Shown here: piece after piece, positions 45,219 to 55,106 of the stretch
Numbering within the stretch: position 1 is the stretch's first letter
How the letters are laid out: every line of letters begins with the position of its first letter
Origin: an uncultured Methanosarcinaceae archaeon
GTDB taxonomy: Archaea; Halobacteriota; Methanosarcinia; Methanosarcinales; Methanosarcinaceae
Direction of reading: 5' to 3'
Length of the DNA stretch: 64,000 bases
Assembly: GCA_963833425.1 (NCBI GenBank)
Contig: CAWHXP010000010.1
Location: forward strand, 1-64,000
Translations under genes and position numbers: made by a program
Notes under the pieces: model-generated
Database searches by the model: none
Told to the model about the DNA's origin: nothing
The model's input: the letters and a program-made list of their open reading frames with translations, nothing else

Positions 45219-45996
45219 TTCCTTGGTTCATCATAATAAAAAAATTGCTGATTTGCTATTCGTGGAGCTCATGGAACTCATAGAACGTATGGGGCTTATG
45301 GAACACTTAGAACTAGTTAATCTAGACCACCATAATAAATAAGAAAATCCCAACAAGTTGTTGATCTGGTTCCTGGGATCAGGATTATTTATATATGATA
45401 TAAATTAGTAAAACTTGCTAAAATATAGAAAATCTTAAAAAAGTATAAATTATATAATGTTTATATTTTAGAGTTTGACGCATAAATCACAACTTTATGA
45501 TATAAAATTATTAGAGTATTTATGTGTCATTAGGAGAGATTGGAATTGAGCTATTTGACACATAGTTTACCAAGCTGCAGGTATCATTACCGTTTTAGTG
45601 TAATATGTGTCTGATAGTGAATAATTATCATATAGGTCTTTGGCTCTTAGTCTATTCAGCTGAATTTTGATCTCTCCTGTTTTATATGGGATCTTCAGAT
45701 AGACTGAATAATCCATCCAAAACAGAAATTAGTTGCTATACACTCAATATAAATTTTTTGATTTACTTCATAACTTTTAAAATTACTAAGTAACTATTTA
45801 AAAGCCAAATAGATTTTTATCCCTAGGCTATGATATTACTATTAGTATCATATACATTTTTGATAATTTTTCTCCTTCTTCACTATTACGAATGCTTTTG
45901 CCAGAAGTCGATATTTAGGGGCTGTGTCAAGAATGTCAGAATATGTTTTCGGATACAAGGTAGCATGGTAAACTGCTGGTTTTTGTGACTTAGGAA

Positions 45997-46027
45997 ATCC
46001 AGAGATTTTGTGTAAAAATCTCTGCAT
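45997..46027. repeat. Family A dyad site
   Basis: atccagagatttt-gtgta-aaaatctctgcat. Confidence 0.88.
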
Positions 46028-46120
46028 CATATTTTAAGACAGAATATATTAAAAATATTTATAAAGTAAACCAACAATTACTGTCTTGTAGAACAAATAA
46101 AAAATCTCATACAGTATACT

Positions 46121-46155
46121 AGATACTGTTGATGTGTGCATCATCAACAGTATCT
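46121..46155. repeat. Family B dyad (33-bp core 46122-46154; perfect 14-bp arms)
   Basis: agatactgttgatg-tgtgcat-catcaacagtatct. Confidence 0.88.
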
Positions 46156-46194
46156 CCTTTCCTATTCATAATGAATTTTGATTTTCCATAATAA

Positions 46195-46959
46195 TTAAGC
46201 AGGTTCAGCTGCTCTATTGTATCCTTTAGCCAAGTTTGTATTTACGTGTACTACAGCTTCATTTGTATGCTTATATGCAAAGTCTTCGGTAATTATTGGC
46301 AGCTTATCAGCGTCTGTCTGAGAAGTGACGACCATACCTGCTGGAATGTACTTATTGTCAGAAATGGTTACGCCAATAGCTGCTGATTTTGGCTCAAGTA
46401 CACAATTGTTTCCTACTTTTGCCTTGAAAACAAGAGTTTGAAAGCCAATAAATGTATCATTACCTACATAAGCCGGACCATGCACCATGGACTGGTGAGC
46501 AAGAGTAACATTTTCTCCCACATAGACAGAGTATTTTTCACCATTGACATAAACAAGATGCTTTTCGACCGGTTTACCTTGTTCGTCAGTTGTCTCAAGG
46601 CCATGAATTACAACTCCATCCTGGACATTGCTATCCGTACCTATGAAAACAGGCATCCCCTCATCTCCACGGATGGATGCCATGGGAGAAACCATCACAT
46701 TAGCACCGATTATCACGTCTCCAATGACCGAAGCCTGGGGATGGATATAAGCTGTGGGATCAATTACAGGATAGATGGGCTTCGGATTCCATGGTGTTAC
46801 GGGATTGCTCATAATATTCGAAAAATTCAACGATGTTAATTGTTTATCCTTTGCTCCATTGTAATGTTGGGCACTTGTGCTCGCGACGGTGGCCACTAAA
46901 ATAGCCAAAATTAAGATTGTAAATATCTGCTTGTGAAACTTCATAACTTTGTGCCTCAT
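46195..46959 (-). CDS. cam: Gamma-class carbonic anhydrase with signal peptide
   Basis: NPVTPWNP, ASIRGDEG, NVQDGVVIH, LAHQSMVHGP hexapeptide repeats, NEAVVHVNTNLAKGY. Confidence 0.93.
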   Translation of the reverse strand: MRHKVMKFHKQIFTILILAILVATVASTSAQHYNGAKDKQLTSLNFSNIMSNPVTPWNPKPIYPVIDPTAYIHPQASVIGDVIIGANVMVSPMASIRGDEGMPVFIGTDSNVQDGVVIHGLETTDEQGKPVEKHLVYVNGEKYSVYVGENVTLAHQSMVHGPAYVGNDTFIGFQTLVFKAKVGNNCVLEPKSAAIGVTISDNKYIPAGMVVTSQTDADKLPIITEDFAYKHTNEAVVHVNTNLAKGYNRAAEPA

Positions 46960-47547
46960 TTTTTTGAAAAAGCGATTCGCCCTTTTTTCTTGATCGACTA
47001 ATTTCAGTTAAAATATACAAAATCCCCACTATTATTATTAATTAATTGTACAAAAAATAGTTTCTGAATAAAAGTTACCTCTACATAAGAAATTTTAATT
47101 TTGAACAACAATTTAATATTAATTATGTCTTTATTATTTCCAAATAAATTCCTAAATTTAGCATAGATTTCCTTCTAAAAAAATAACTAAGTTAAATCTC
47201 ATACCAAATTCTGGTCGTGTACAAATCCTAAATGGGTTGATCTTGTTTTTTTTCTTCCCAATGAAAAACAGAAATTGCTCAGTCTATTAGCAGAACAAGT
47301 TAAACAGTTCGGGAAAAATAAGCTTAAAAGTATCGGATTGATGATCTTACTAACTGCACAAACAACATTTTATTGTTGTTAATTTCACGTTGATAGATGT
47401 GATCTCCATGCATAATTTAAAAGGATTGGTTCCCAATTTTTCAGGTCAATGATGAAATTCCTTAAGATAATCAATATTGCTCTATTTTCTTTTTGAGCTT
47501 TCATTAATTGACCTTAACTAGTAATGTAATCACATAAACGGTATAGT

Positions 47548-47830
47548 TCACACGTTCCTAGCGTCTTCCAATCTATAGCCTTGATACATCAACTCTTCTA
47601 ATTTTTCTTTAGAAGGAGTGTCTAATTCGATCTCTCTTCCTGAAGCACCCTGTCCTTTTCGGAGAGCGACTTCTTTAATCATACCAATCATAATTAATTC
47701 AGCGATAGAGTTTGCTACCGTTGTCCTAGCCCTGCAGTTTTCTCCAATCACTTTACTTATTTGGGTGTACGTATCTTTAATTTCGGTTGCAGTATCAATG
47801 ACTGCGATTGTATTTTCTTCCATCTCATAT
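47548..47830 (-). pseudogene. Orc1/Cdc6 C-terminal winged-helix fragment cut at a family A site
   Basis: YTQISKVIG...VANSIAELIMIGMI...GQGASGREI resembles the C-terminus of 20-1273; frame runs into site 47831. Confidence 0.65.
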
Positions 47831-47861
47831 ATGCACAGTTTTTGTGGTTGAACCTATGCTT
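47831..47861. repeat. Family A dyad site
   Basis: atgcacagttttt-gtggt-tgaacctatgctt. Confidence 0.8.
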
Positions 47862-47985
47862 TTTTTCCATTTAGCGAAAATTGAGAAAGTTTCAACCAAA
47901 AATTAGTTTGCTTGAGTAAGCGAAGCGCATAAAGCAGATAGTGCGCCGTAAAGACGAAGGAAAATGGCAAAACTCGGGTTGAAAA

Positions 47986-48339
47986 TTACTTATTCTTGAT
48001 ATCTTCCAGTATCCGTTCAATTGGCTCCTTTATAGAAGGAACATCTTTCTTTATAGTGCTCCAAATAATGGGAAGATCTACCACAAAGTATCCGTGAACT
48101 ACTTTGTCACGGATTCCTGCCATAAACTTCCATGGAACTTCTGAATATTCATTTTTCAGGGTATCAGGAATATTCTTTGCTGCTTCTCCAATGATTTCCA
48201 GGGATTTCGTCACGGCATATATTGTTTTCTTATCGCCGGAAAATTCATTAAATTCAATTCCTTTGACGAATTCCTCTATATCATCAATAGAACCTAGAAT
48301 ATCCAGCAAAAATTGAGTGGAATCCCGACTGTAAGTCAT
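47986..48339 (-). CDS. HEPN/DUF86 RNase toxin
   Basis: LEIIGEAA, RDKVVHGY. Confidence 0.92.
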   Translation of the reverse strand: MTYSRDSTQFLLDILGSIDDIEEFVKGIEFNEFSGDKKTIYAVTKSLEIIGEAAKNIPDTLKNEYSEVPWKFMAGIRDKVVHGYFVVDLPIIWSTIKKDVPSIKEPIERILEDIKNK

Positions 48340-48644
48340 AAAGATATAACCTCATTAAGGATATGTTTTTCAACATTCTGTTTGAGCCCAGTTCTTGTCA
48401 CTAGGTCTACTTTTACTCCCAGGAGATCACTAAGATAGTATTCAAGTTCAATGTATTTCAGGAGACCAGGTATTTTATCAAATTCTACCAGAATATCAAG
48501 ATCACTATCCTTAGTCTGCTCCCCACGAATATAAGACCCAAAAATTCCCAGATAGCTTACACTATATTTTTCTTTTAACTCAGGTAGATGTTTCCTTAAT
48601 ATCTTGATAAAATATTCTGAATCTTTTAACTCTTGAGAAAGCAT
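48336..48644 (-). CDS. Minimal nucleotidyltransferase antitoxin
   Basis: FGSYIRGEQTKDSDLDILVEF; start placed at the MLSQ ATG. Confidence 0.9.
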   Translation of the reverse strand: MLSQELKDSEYFIKILRKHLPELKEKYSVSYLGIFGSYIRGEQTKDSDLDILVEFDKIPGLLKYIELEYYLSDLLGVKVDLVTRTGLKQNVEKHILNEVISL

Positions 48645-48862
48645 TGTATATGGAGTCCTCCAAGTATCCCCACACAAATATGGTGAAAAAGTGAATTTGT
48701 TGCTAACGAGAATACGCATAATATCTATTTGTCATTTTCTCCAGTTTGTTTTTAACTAATGCGTTAGGAGCTTAGTAATGATTATTTTCTTTCCATATAA
48801 GTAGAACACTGTGCCTTAGAGCTACAGTGTACCGGAAGTTCTGTAAAATATTATTTTCATTA

Positions 48863-48893
48863 ACGCACAGGTTTTGCTATAAAACCTATGCAT
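48863..48893. repeat. Family A dyad site
   Basis: acgcacaggtttt-gctat-aaaacctatgcat. Confidence 0.9.
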
Positions 48894-48988
48894 AAGTGTA
48901 ATCAAAAAATATTATTTAGTAATGAAAAAAAGGGTAAACCGTAGTTCTTACAGAACTTTCAGTACACTACCTTCTCTACTTGATTGGG

Positions 48989-49138
48989 GGTTCCGTTGCA
49001 AAAAATCTGAACATTTTACAAAATCGTTGAAAACATTCACAATAAGGAGATTTTAGTTATCAAAGTTGAGTTAAAATAGTATTTAATGGAAATAATAATA
49101 GCCTCAAAGTACAGAAAAATTATTTTTGCAACAGAACC
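48989..49138 (+). mobile_element. IS6-related MITE (150 bp), left boundary of the composite unit
   Basis: TIRs ggttccgttgcaaaa and ttttgcaacagaacc; preceded by tgattggg. Confidence 0.92.
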
Positions 49139-49398
49139 AAATAACTATTTAGTCCATCTAAAATAAGTTAACAGATATCTATTCTACGTAATGTATATTT
49201 TTAATTGCTAACTGATGGAAGGATAAAATGGATTATTAACTAACAGTTAATACATAAAAAAATCGAAATTTGCTGCAAATTTATGCAAAAAAAGTTATTT
49301 ATCTTGTTTTAACCAGGCTGAATAGTTATTATTTTAGATTTAATTTTTATAGTCTTCTTCTAAACTGTAAAGTCTAGTACAACTTTCTTAAAATAATA

Positions 49399-49429
49399 AT
49401 ACATCGTTTTTGATATAAAACCTATGCAT
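49399..49429. repeat. Family A dyad site
   Basis: atacatcgttttt-gatat-aaaacctatgcat. Confidence 0.88.
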
Positions 49430-49556
49430 TAGTGGACACAGCAGAAACAGAAGTTTATTCAGTAAAAGTATTGGCTTTGCATGTAATAGGAAGGAAATCG
49501 ACCAAATATTCTACATTCTTATAAACTATAGAACATCAGATTTTCCAAGCATGTAA

Positions 49557-49703
49557 GTTCAAGTAGTTGGTGTCCTTCATATTTTTTCATTAATGATTAC
49601 GCCTGCAGCGATCGCTCATCTATTTGCAAAACGACCCAAACAAGACATAATAATCTCCATATTTATTGCTCTAATAGCGACGTGGCTTAGACTCTTCATT
49701 TAG
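49557..49703 (+). pseudogene. Fragment of ABC metal-transporter permease (ZnuB/MntB-like)
   Basis: Manual translation VQVVGVLHIFSLMITPAAIAHLFAKRPKQDIIISIFIALIATW. Confidence 0.6.
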
Positions 49704-49875
49704 TTTTATGAGCCCTTGAACAGTGAGCTTTTTTAAAACGTATGCATAAATTATTGTTTCTATGAAGTCTGTACAAGTTAGGCACATAGAAAGACAGCAT
49801 CGTAAGCTCTAATGACGTTGTCCACATTGAGATTTACCAAGCTGCCCCGTCTACAACATTGTTTATTTGGTGAAC

Positions 49876-51858
49876 TTATACCCGCTCAACATCCAGAGAA
49901 GCTATCTGGGATGATATGTTAAGCATACTAGCAGGGATCATCACCTGGTAATCAGACACTTTTTGTAAATCGGTTGGAGCAACTTGAATTCGAGTATAAG
50001 TGCCCATATTTTTTACATTTATTTTTGGTGTGTGCCCCATTTTATACCCCCAAACTTCATTGATTACTCTTTTGACTCCATGGCTTTTTGGGGAATCGCC
50101 TTGTGATATCATCCATTGTTTTGGTGTGTAGAGATATTGTGTATTTTTGGTTGTCATAAGCGGTGCACGCGGAGTTGTGAATGTTCCCACTTTCCAGACA
50201 CCTTTTTCCTTAGTTGCTTGCGTGTAAAAAACAGTCCAAACTCCATTATTATCTTGCGCAGGAATCCAGAGTTTCAAGATGTTTCCGTCATCACTAAATA
50301 CACCTGCACTACGATATAATAGAACATCCTGGTGTGTTGCAGATGATGAATCCTTGAGGTTTAGAAGTGATGTGTTTTGAACTGTAAAATTATCGGTGTA
50401 GTTATTTGCAGTTGCAATATGTAGATCGTGGGTGAATTTACCGCCTTTACTCATCAATGTAAATAATGCATATATTGTTGAATTTCCTGGATAATTCATT
50501 GTATTCATGTGCCAGGGCTGGTAGTTGCTCGATTGATCCACAGCTTGTTTATTACCAAAATGAATCCCATCAGTGGACGTGTATCTGTTTATTACATGCG
50601 GGACAGGATCGATATCAACAATCCACATGTAATATGTTCTTGTAGCTTCATCATACAATACAGCTGGTGATACGCCATGACCATTGACATTTATTTCTGG
50701 TGAAACAGTAATACCATCATACGTTTTAACCTTCGGATCTTCTACGATTTCATCACCAACGACATCCCCTATGACATAGTAGCACATGAATTTCCCAGTA
50801 TTAGGATTGTATATTATATGCGAATCAGAACCATATGGATCAGAACCACGTGAATCAGAACCATATGGATCAGAACCATATGGATCAAGACCATAGACAT
50901 TTGCTTCATACTCAGATTCTATTGGTGTTCCAATAGGATTTTTCACTCCTGGCGGTACATACCAAACCAGTCCATCATCAGAATAGTACAAACATGCATT
51001 TTCAAGCTCACCTCTCGAGTATGCATATGGTGTAATAAACATCCACCATTTGTGACCAAAGACGCCAGTCTTATTGAAATAGATAGATGGATGATTGAAC
51101 TGATTATATCCGTATGGGTCAGGTATTGATAACGGTAGACGATTTTGAGTTGCATTTAGCATGCACATATTTGCACTACCAGCAGAATCATAACTGTATA
51201 CCACTGTATGTGAAACATTGTCTTCGATGAAGTCATTTAGCCTGATCCCAGGGGTTGGCATCTGAATATCCGAACTTTCTGAGTTTACCCAAATCATTGC
51301 TTTGTCTATTCCTTGACTTTGGAATGAACCACCACCGGCTTTGAAATATGTATGCCACCAATCTGTTCCCCTAATCCCACCTACGGGTGCGCCGGAACCA
51401 AAAGAAACGTCAGAGAATGTGCCTAGGTTATGAGTGCCCCCTGTTAGTGTTTCATTGATAGCCAATTCAATGCCGTTAGTGAATGGCTTATTCAGCACAA
51501 CATTCGCAGAAGATGTGTTTCCAGAACCTGACAAAACCAAATGTCCATTTTGTATGTCTACTGTTGAATTATTGCTTCCTTCTTTGTAAGCCGTCCACTT
51601 TGATGTATTTAAGCTGTCTGAGCTAAAGTTATCGTATGTCCACATGACTAGATCTCCATTGGGAGAATAGCCAGGAGTATCGTACACATTGAAATGTTGT
51701 GTGCTGCCATTCATATTGACTTTGAGCCACAAGTTATGCTGGGGATCAATGTAATAAGGCTGTACAGAAGATTTCAAGGGCGTAGATGTTGCAAGTGAAG
51801 TTGACAACAATAAAATCATGCTTATTAATATAAAGAATATTTTATATTTCAGTTCCAT
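49876..51858 (-). CDS. Large secreted protein with possible glycosidase-like beta-propeller and DPYGS repeats
   Basis: Signal peptide; HPSIYF, WWMFITPY, YYSDDG, YTSTDGIHF (Asp-box-like); 15-bp repeats at ~50822-50895. Confidence 0.75.
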   Translation of the reverse strand: MELKYKIFFILISMILLLSTSLATSTPLKSSVQPYYIDPQHNLWLKVNMNGSTQHFNVYDTPGYSPNGDLVMWTYDNFSSDSLNTSKWTAYKEGSNNSTVDIQNGHLVLSGSGNTSSANVVLNKPFTNGIELAINETLTGGTHNLGTFSDVSFGSGAPVGGIRGTDWWHTYFKAGGGSFQSQGIDKAMIWVNSESSDIQMPTPGIRLNDFIEDNVSHTVVYSYDSAGSANMCMLNATQNRLPLSIPDPYGYNQFNHPSIYFNKTGVFGHKWWMFITPYAYSRGELENACLYYSDDGLVWYVPPGVKNPIGTPIESEYEANVYGLDPYGSDPYGSDSRGSDPYGSDSHIIYNPNTGKFMCYYVIGDVVGDEIVEDPKVKTYDGITVSPEINVNGHGVSPAVLYDEATRTYYMWIVDIDPVPHVINRYTSTDGIHFGNKQAVDQSSNYQPWHMNTMNYPGNSTIYALFTLMSKGGKFTHDLHIATANNYTDNFTVQNTSLLNLKDSSSATHQDVLLYRSAGVFSDDGNILKLWIPAQDNNGVWTVFYTQATKEKGVWKVGTFTTPRAPLMTTKNTQYLYTPKQWMISQGDSPKSHGVKRVINEVWGYKMGHTPKINVKNMGTYTRIQVAPTDLQKVSDYQVMIPASMLNISSQIASLDVERV

Positions 51859-52400
51859 ATTATCACAAAATTTTTTAAAATATCTTGATAGTTTTACTGA
51901 CTTGTATATTTAATTTTAGAGATAGGCGATTTTCAGTAATAATAAGTAATTTATGTCATAACATGGTAAATAATACGCATGTTAATCTATAAATATTTTA
52001 GTATGTTTAAAAAATATGATTCGCTAAAAAATTATAAACACCACTTTAGAAATTAAGACAGTTTGCTTTGAATAGCTGGGCTAGAAATACAACCAAAAAA
52101 AGAAGTTTTTCAGCAACGATCTTGTTTGCTAACAAAATAAACAGTAACAAGGACGCAATATAAGTATTACTCATCAAAAACCAAAGCAAATCGGACTATA
52201 GCAGACTTCATCTCTTTAAAATTAAACAAGCGAATTTATTACTTTTATACTTCAAATACAAAATCCTTTAACAGTAATGATGGATTTTAATTTTCTTTTC
52301 CGATAATTCGTTTCAAATTTGAAAAGATAGGTAAACAAAAGAACTCTTCAATTAAATATAGGTTTATAGAAATTCTCGTCAAAACCCAATTAAGATTTTA

Positions 52401-52550
52401 GGTTCTGTTGCAAAAATAATTTTTCTGTACTTTGAGTCTATTATTATTTCCTTTAAATGCTAATTTAACTCAACTTTGATAACTAAAATCTCCTTATTGT
52501 GAATGTTTTCAATGATTTTGTAAAATGTTCAGATTTTTTGCAACGGTACC
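52401..52550 (-). mobile_element. IS6-related MITE (150 bp), inverted copy
   Basis: Near reverse complement of 48989-49138; truncates ORF 52529-52810. Confidence 0.9.
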
Positions 52551-52810
52551 GTCCATTTTAATGTATTTAAGCTGCCGGAGCTGAAATTATCGTATGCCCA
52601 CATAACTATATCTCCATCAGGAGAATAACCAGGTGTATTGTACACATTAAAATGTTGTGTGCTGCCATTCATGTTGACTTTGAGCCACAAATTATGGTGG
52701 GGGTCGATGTAATATGACTGTGCCGTAGATTTTACAGTCTGAGTTGCTGCAAGTGCAGGAGCAGACGATAAGATTATGCTGATTAATAAAAAGAATACTT
52801 TATATTTCAT
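52551..52810 (-). pseudogene. 5' fragment of a paralog of 49876-51858
   Basis: YYIDPHHNLWLKVNMNGSTQHFNVY nearly identical; ends at the MITE. Confidence 0.85.
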
Positions 52811-53264
52811 TTCCAGGATGTTTCCATCTTTTAAGTGTTATTGTGATAGTTTTACTGAAGGATGGGCTAAATTTCAAAGTATACAGTTTTTTAATTTAAT
52901 AAAAGTCAGTATAATTAGAAAGCCTACTTAAAAGTAAGAGTGCTTGTGTATTTATACTTATACATCTCTAAATAAAATTACATATGTTAAAAAAAACACC
53001 TGTCTGGCGTCATAAAATAAATATAATAGCACTTATGTGGTTGAAAATCAAAAAAATCAGCAAGATAAAATCATTAATTATCTAACACTTTCATTTATTT
53101 GGTTAAAAATGTATTAATATCAAAATGAATGTTGCAATAATCTATTAGATGGGGAGAACAATCGTTTAAATTACTAATATCAACAAATTCATTAGTTATA
53201 GACCAGTTGGACTTTAAGGAACTATTTTTTAAAAGAGCTATTAAATTATATAACTCTTAAAATA

Positions 53265-55106
53265 TCAACTAATTAATGGAGAAGCATTATTTACTAAATA
53301 AAGAGCAAAATTACCATCTTTAGCCATTTTATTGTATGGCAAAGATTTTGTCGATATTAGATATGTTGTTTTGTTTAATTCCACGGCTTTTAGAGAAATC
53401 TTTCCGGCATTGACATAATTAATATCTCCTTTATTCCAAAATCCATACACGTACTTTTCTTTGTTTATATTTGTAGGAGTAGTAGCTTGATCGATGAGAT
53501 AGACAGTCCCGTTATTTGTGCTATTTGTTAAAAATTTTGCTATACTATTATTCATTTCATCATTTGATTTTGCTACTGAAACCTGGTATAATGTTGTAGA
53601 AAAAATTAGGGATGAAGTGATAATAAAAATCAATAGTAGATTAATATAATGCTTTTTTTTCATTGATAGTGTTATTAATACTACCATCGCCGAAAAATAG
53701 ATGTAAATAACTAATGATGGATGTAAAGATGATGAGATTGTTTGTGTTAGAGTTGTAAAACTAGGGTCATAAAATCTTGCGAATGCATTAAATGTAGGAT
53801 ACCCATAAAATATATTATATACATATAGTGTCGGATTATTTTGTATGTCATTGAATACATTTATAATAATATTATCCCAGGCGAAAATAGATGCTATAAC
53901 AAGTATGAAAGGAATGCAGCTAACTAAAAAATAAATAATATTCCTCTGGTTCATTATTCTTTGATCAAAATTACTTATACATATAATTCCGATTATCACT
54001 ATTATTGGTATGATTGGCTCGATGTACCTCCCAAGTATCAAGTTCGTATTTTTATCCTTAAACAGAAAGCTGATAGTAGCGATTATCAGTAAGATTGAAC
54101 TTATAGAAGCATAGAAAATTGGCACTGATAATGTATGATTTTTCAATGGTTTCTGATTGATCAGTAACAAGATAAAATAATAAATAATGATGAATAACAG
54201 AAAAGATGAACCAACCGACAGGTAACTTATCAAATTAGTAAAGAATTTAATAAATATCATCATATTTTTCATATTTGCGAAAATGTCTATTCCATGTCCT
54301 GCCACTCCTTTGATATTATGAGCTGATCCAAAATCATAAGTTTTCGTTAATTTATCACTAAAGGGTTGATTTATGTCCACGAAATATGTTGAATATGTAA
54401 GCCAACCCAATAAAAATATGATGATACTAACCATTAAAATGAACTTTTTTTTGATTAAAACAAGCATATGATCAGGACTCAAATTTGAAATAATATAATA
54501 TATAAATGCCAATACAAATGCTATTAGCATTGCCAATCCAGTTGATCTGGTGATATATAAATATACAGTTGACAATGAAGCTAATAATTCCCATTTTTTA
54601 TTGTCAGTTTCATAGCTTTTAAGGATAAACCATATGGAAAATAAAAATAAGGGTATAAATAATGTCTCAGTCATTAGCGTAAAGCTATAAAAATTTAAAG
54701 CTGGCAATGTTGACACGGTAATAGAGCCCAGGACTGATACTGCCTTTGAACAGTATTTTTCCATAATAAAAAATGAAGGAAAAATGATTGTGCTAGATAC
54801 GAAAGCGCTTATCACCAACATTATGTGATAGATAATATTTTGGTTATTGGAAATATGATATGCTAATGACAATAAAAATGGATACCCTGGAGAAAAAGAA
54901 CCTAACTTTCCATACAAATTACCGTGCACAATACTTTGGGCAAGGCTATTGTACAAAGTTTCATCTGGAAAAATAAATGGACCACAAAAACGAGATGATA
55001 ATATAATTTTTACAATTACCAATATTACAAAAAATATACATATGATATGAAACGCGTAATTATTGATTAGTCTATCCAAAAATTTGCTTGCGCTAGTATT
55101 ATTCAT
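53265..55106 (-). CDS. Multi-pass membrane protein, GT-C/PMT-like glycosyltransferase
   Basis: PDETLY, PGYPFLL, MTETLF, GRYIEP; many TM segments. Confidence 0.7.
   Translation of the reverse strand: MNNTSASKFLDRLINNYAFHIICIFFVILVIVKIILSSRFCGPFIFPDETLYNSLAQSIVHGNLYGKLGSFSPGYPFLLSLAYHISNNQNIIYHIMLVISAFVSSTIIFPSFFIMEKYCSKAVSVLGSITVSTLPALNFYSFTLMTETLFIPLFLFSIWFILKSYETDNKKWELLASLSTVYLYITRSTGLAMLIAFVLAFIYYIISNLSPDHMLVLIKKKFILMVSIIIFLLGWLTYSTYFVDINQPFSDKLTKTYDFGSAHNIKGVAGHGIDIFANMKNMMIFIKFFTNLISYLSVGSSFLLFIIIYYFILLLINQKPLKNHTLSVPIFYASISSILLIIATISFLFKDKNTNLILGRYIEPIIPIIVIIGIICISNFDQRIMNQRNIIYFLVSCIPFILVIASIFAWDNIIINVFNDIQNNPTLYVYNIFYGYPTFNAFARFYDPSFTTLTQTISSSLHPSLVIYIYFSAMVVLITLSMKKKHYINLLLIFIITSSLIFSTTLYQVSVAKSNDEMNNSIAKFLTNSTNNGTVYLIDQATTPTNINKEKYVYGFWNKGDINYVNAGKISLKAVELNKTTYLISTKSLPYNKMAKDGNFALYLVNNASPLIS

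Noticed and set aside
27050..49747. Additional weak family A sites at 27050, 28886, 39435, 40259 and 49717
   Set aside because: Only one arm fits well in AT-rich DNA; not listed as features without a PWM score.
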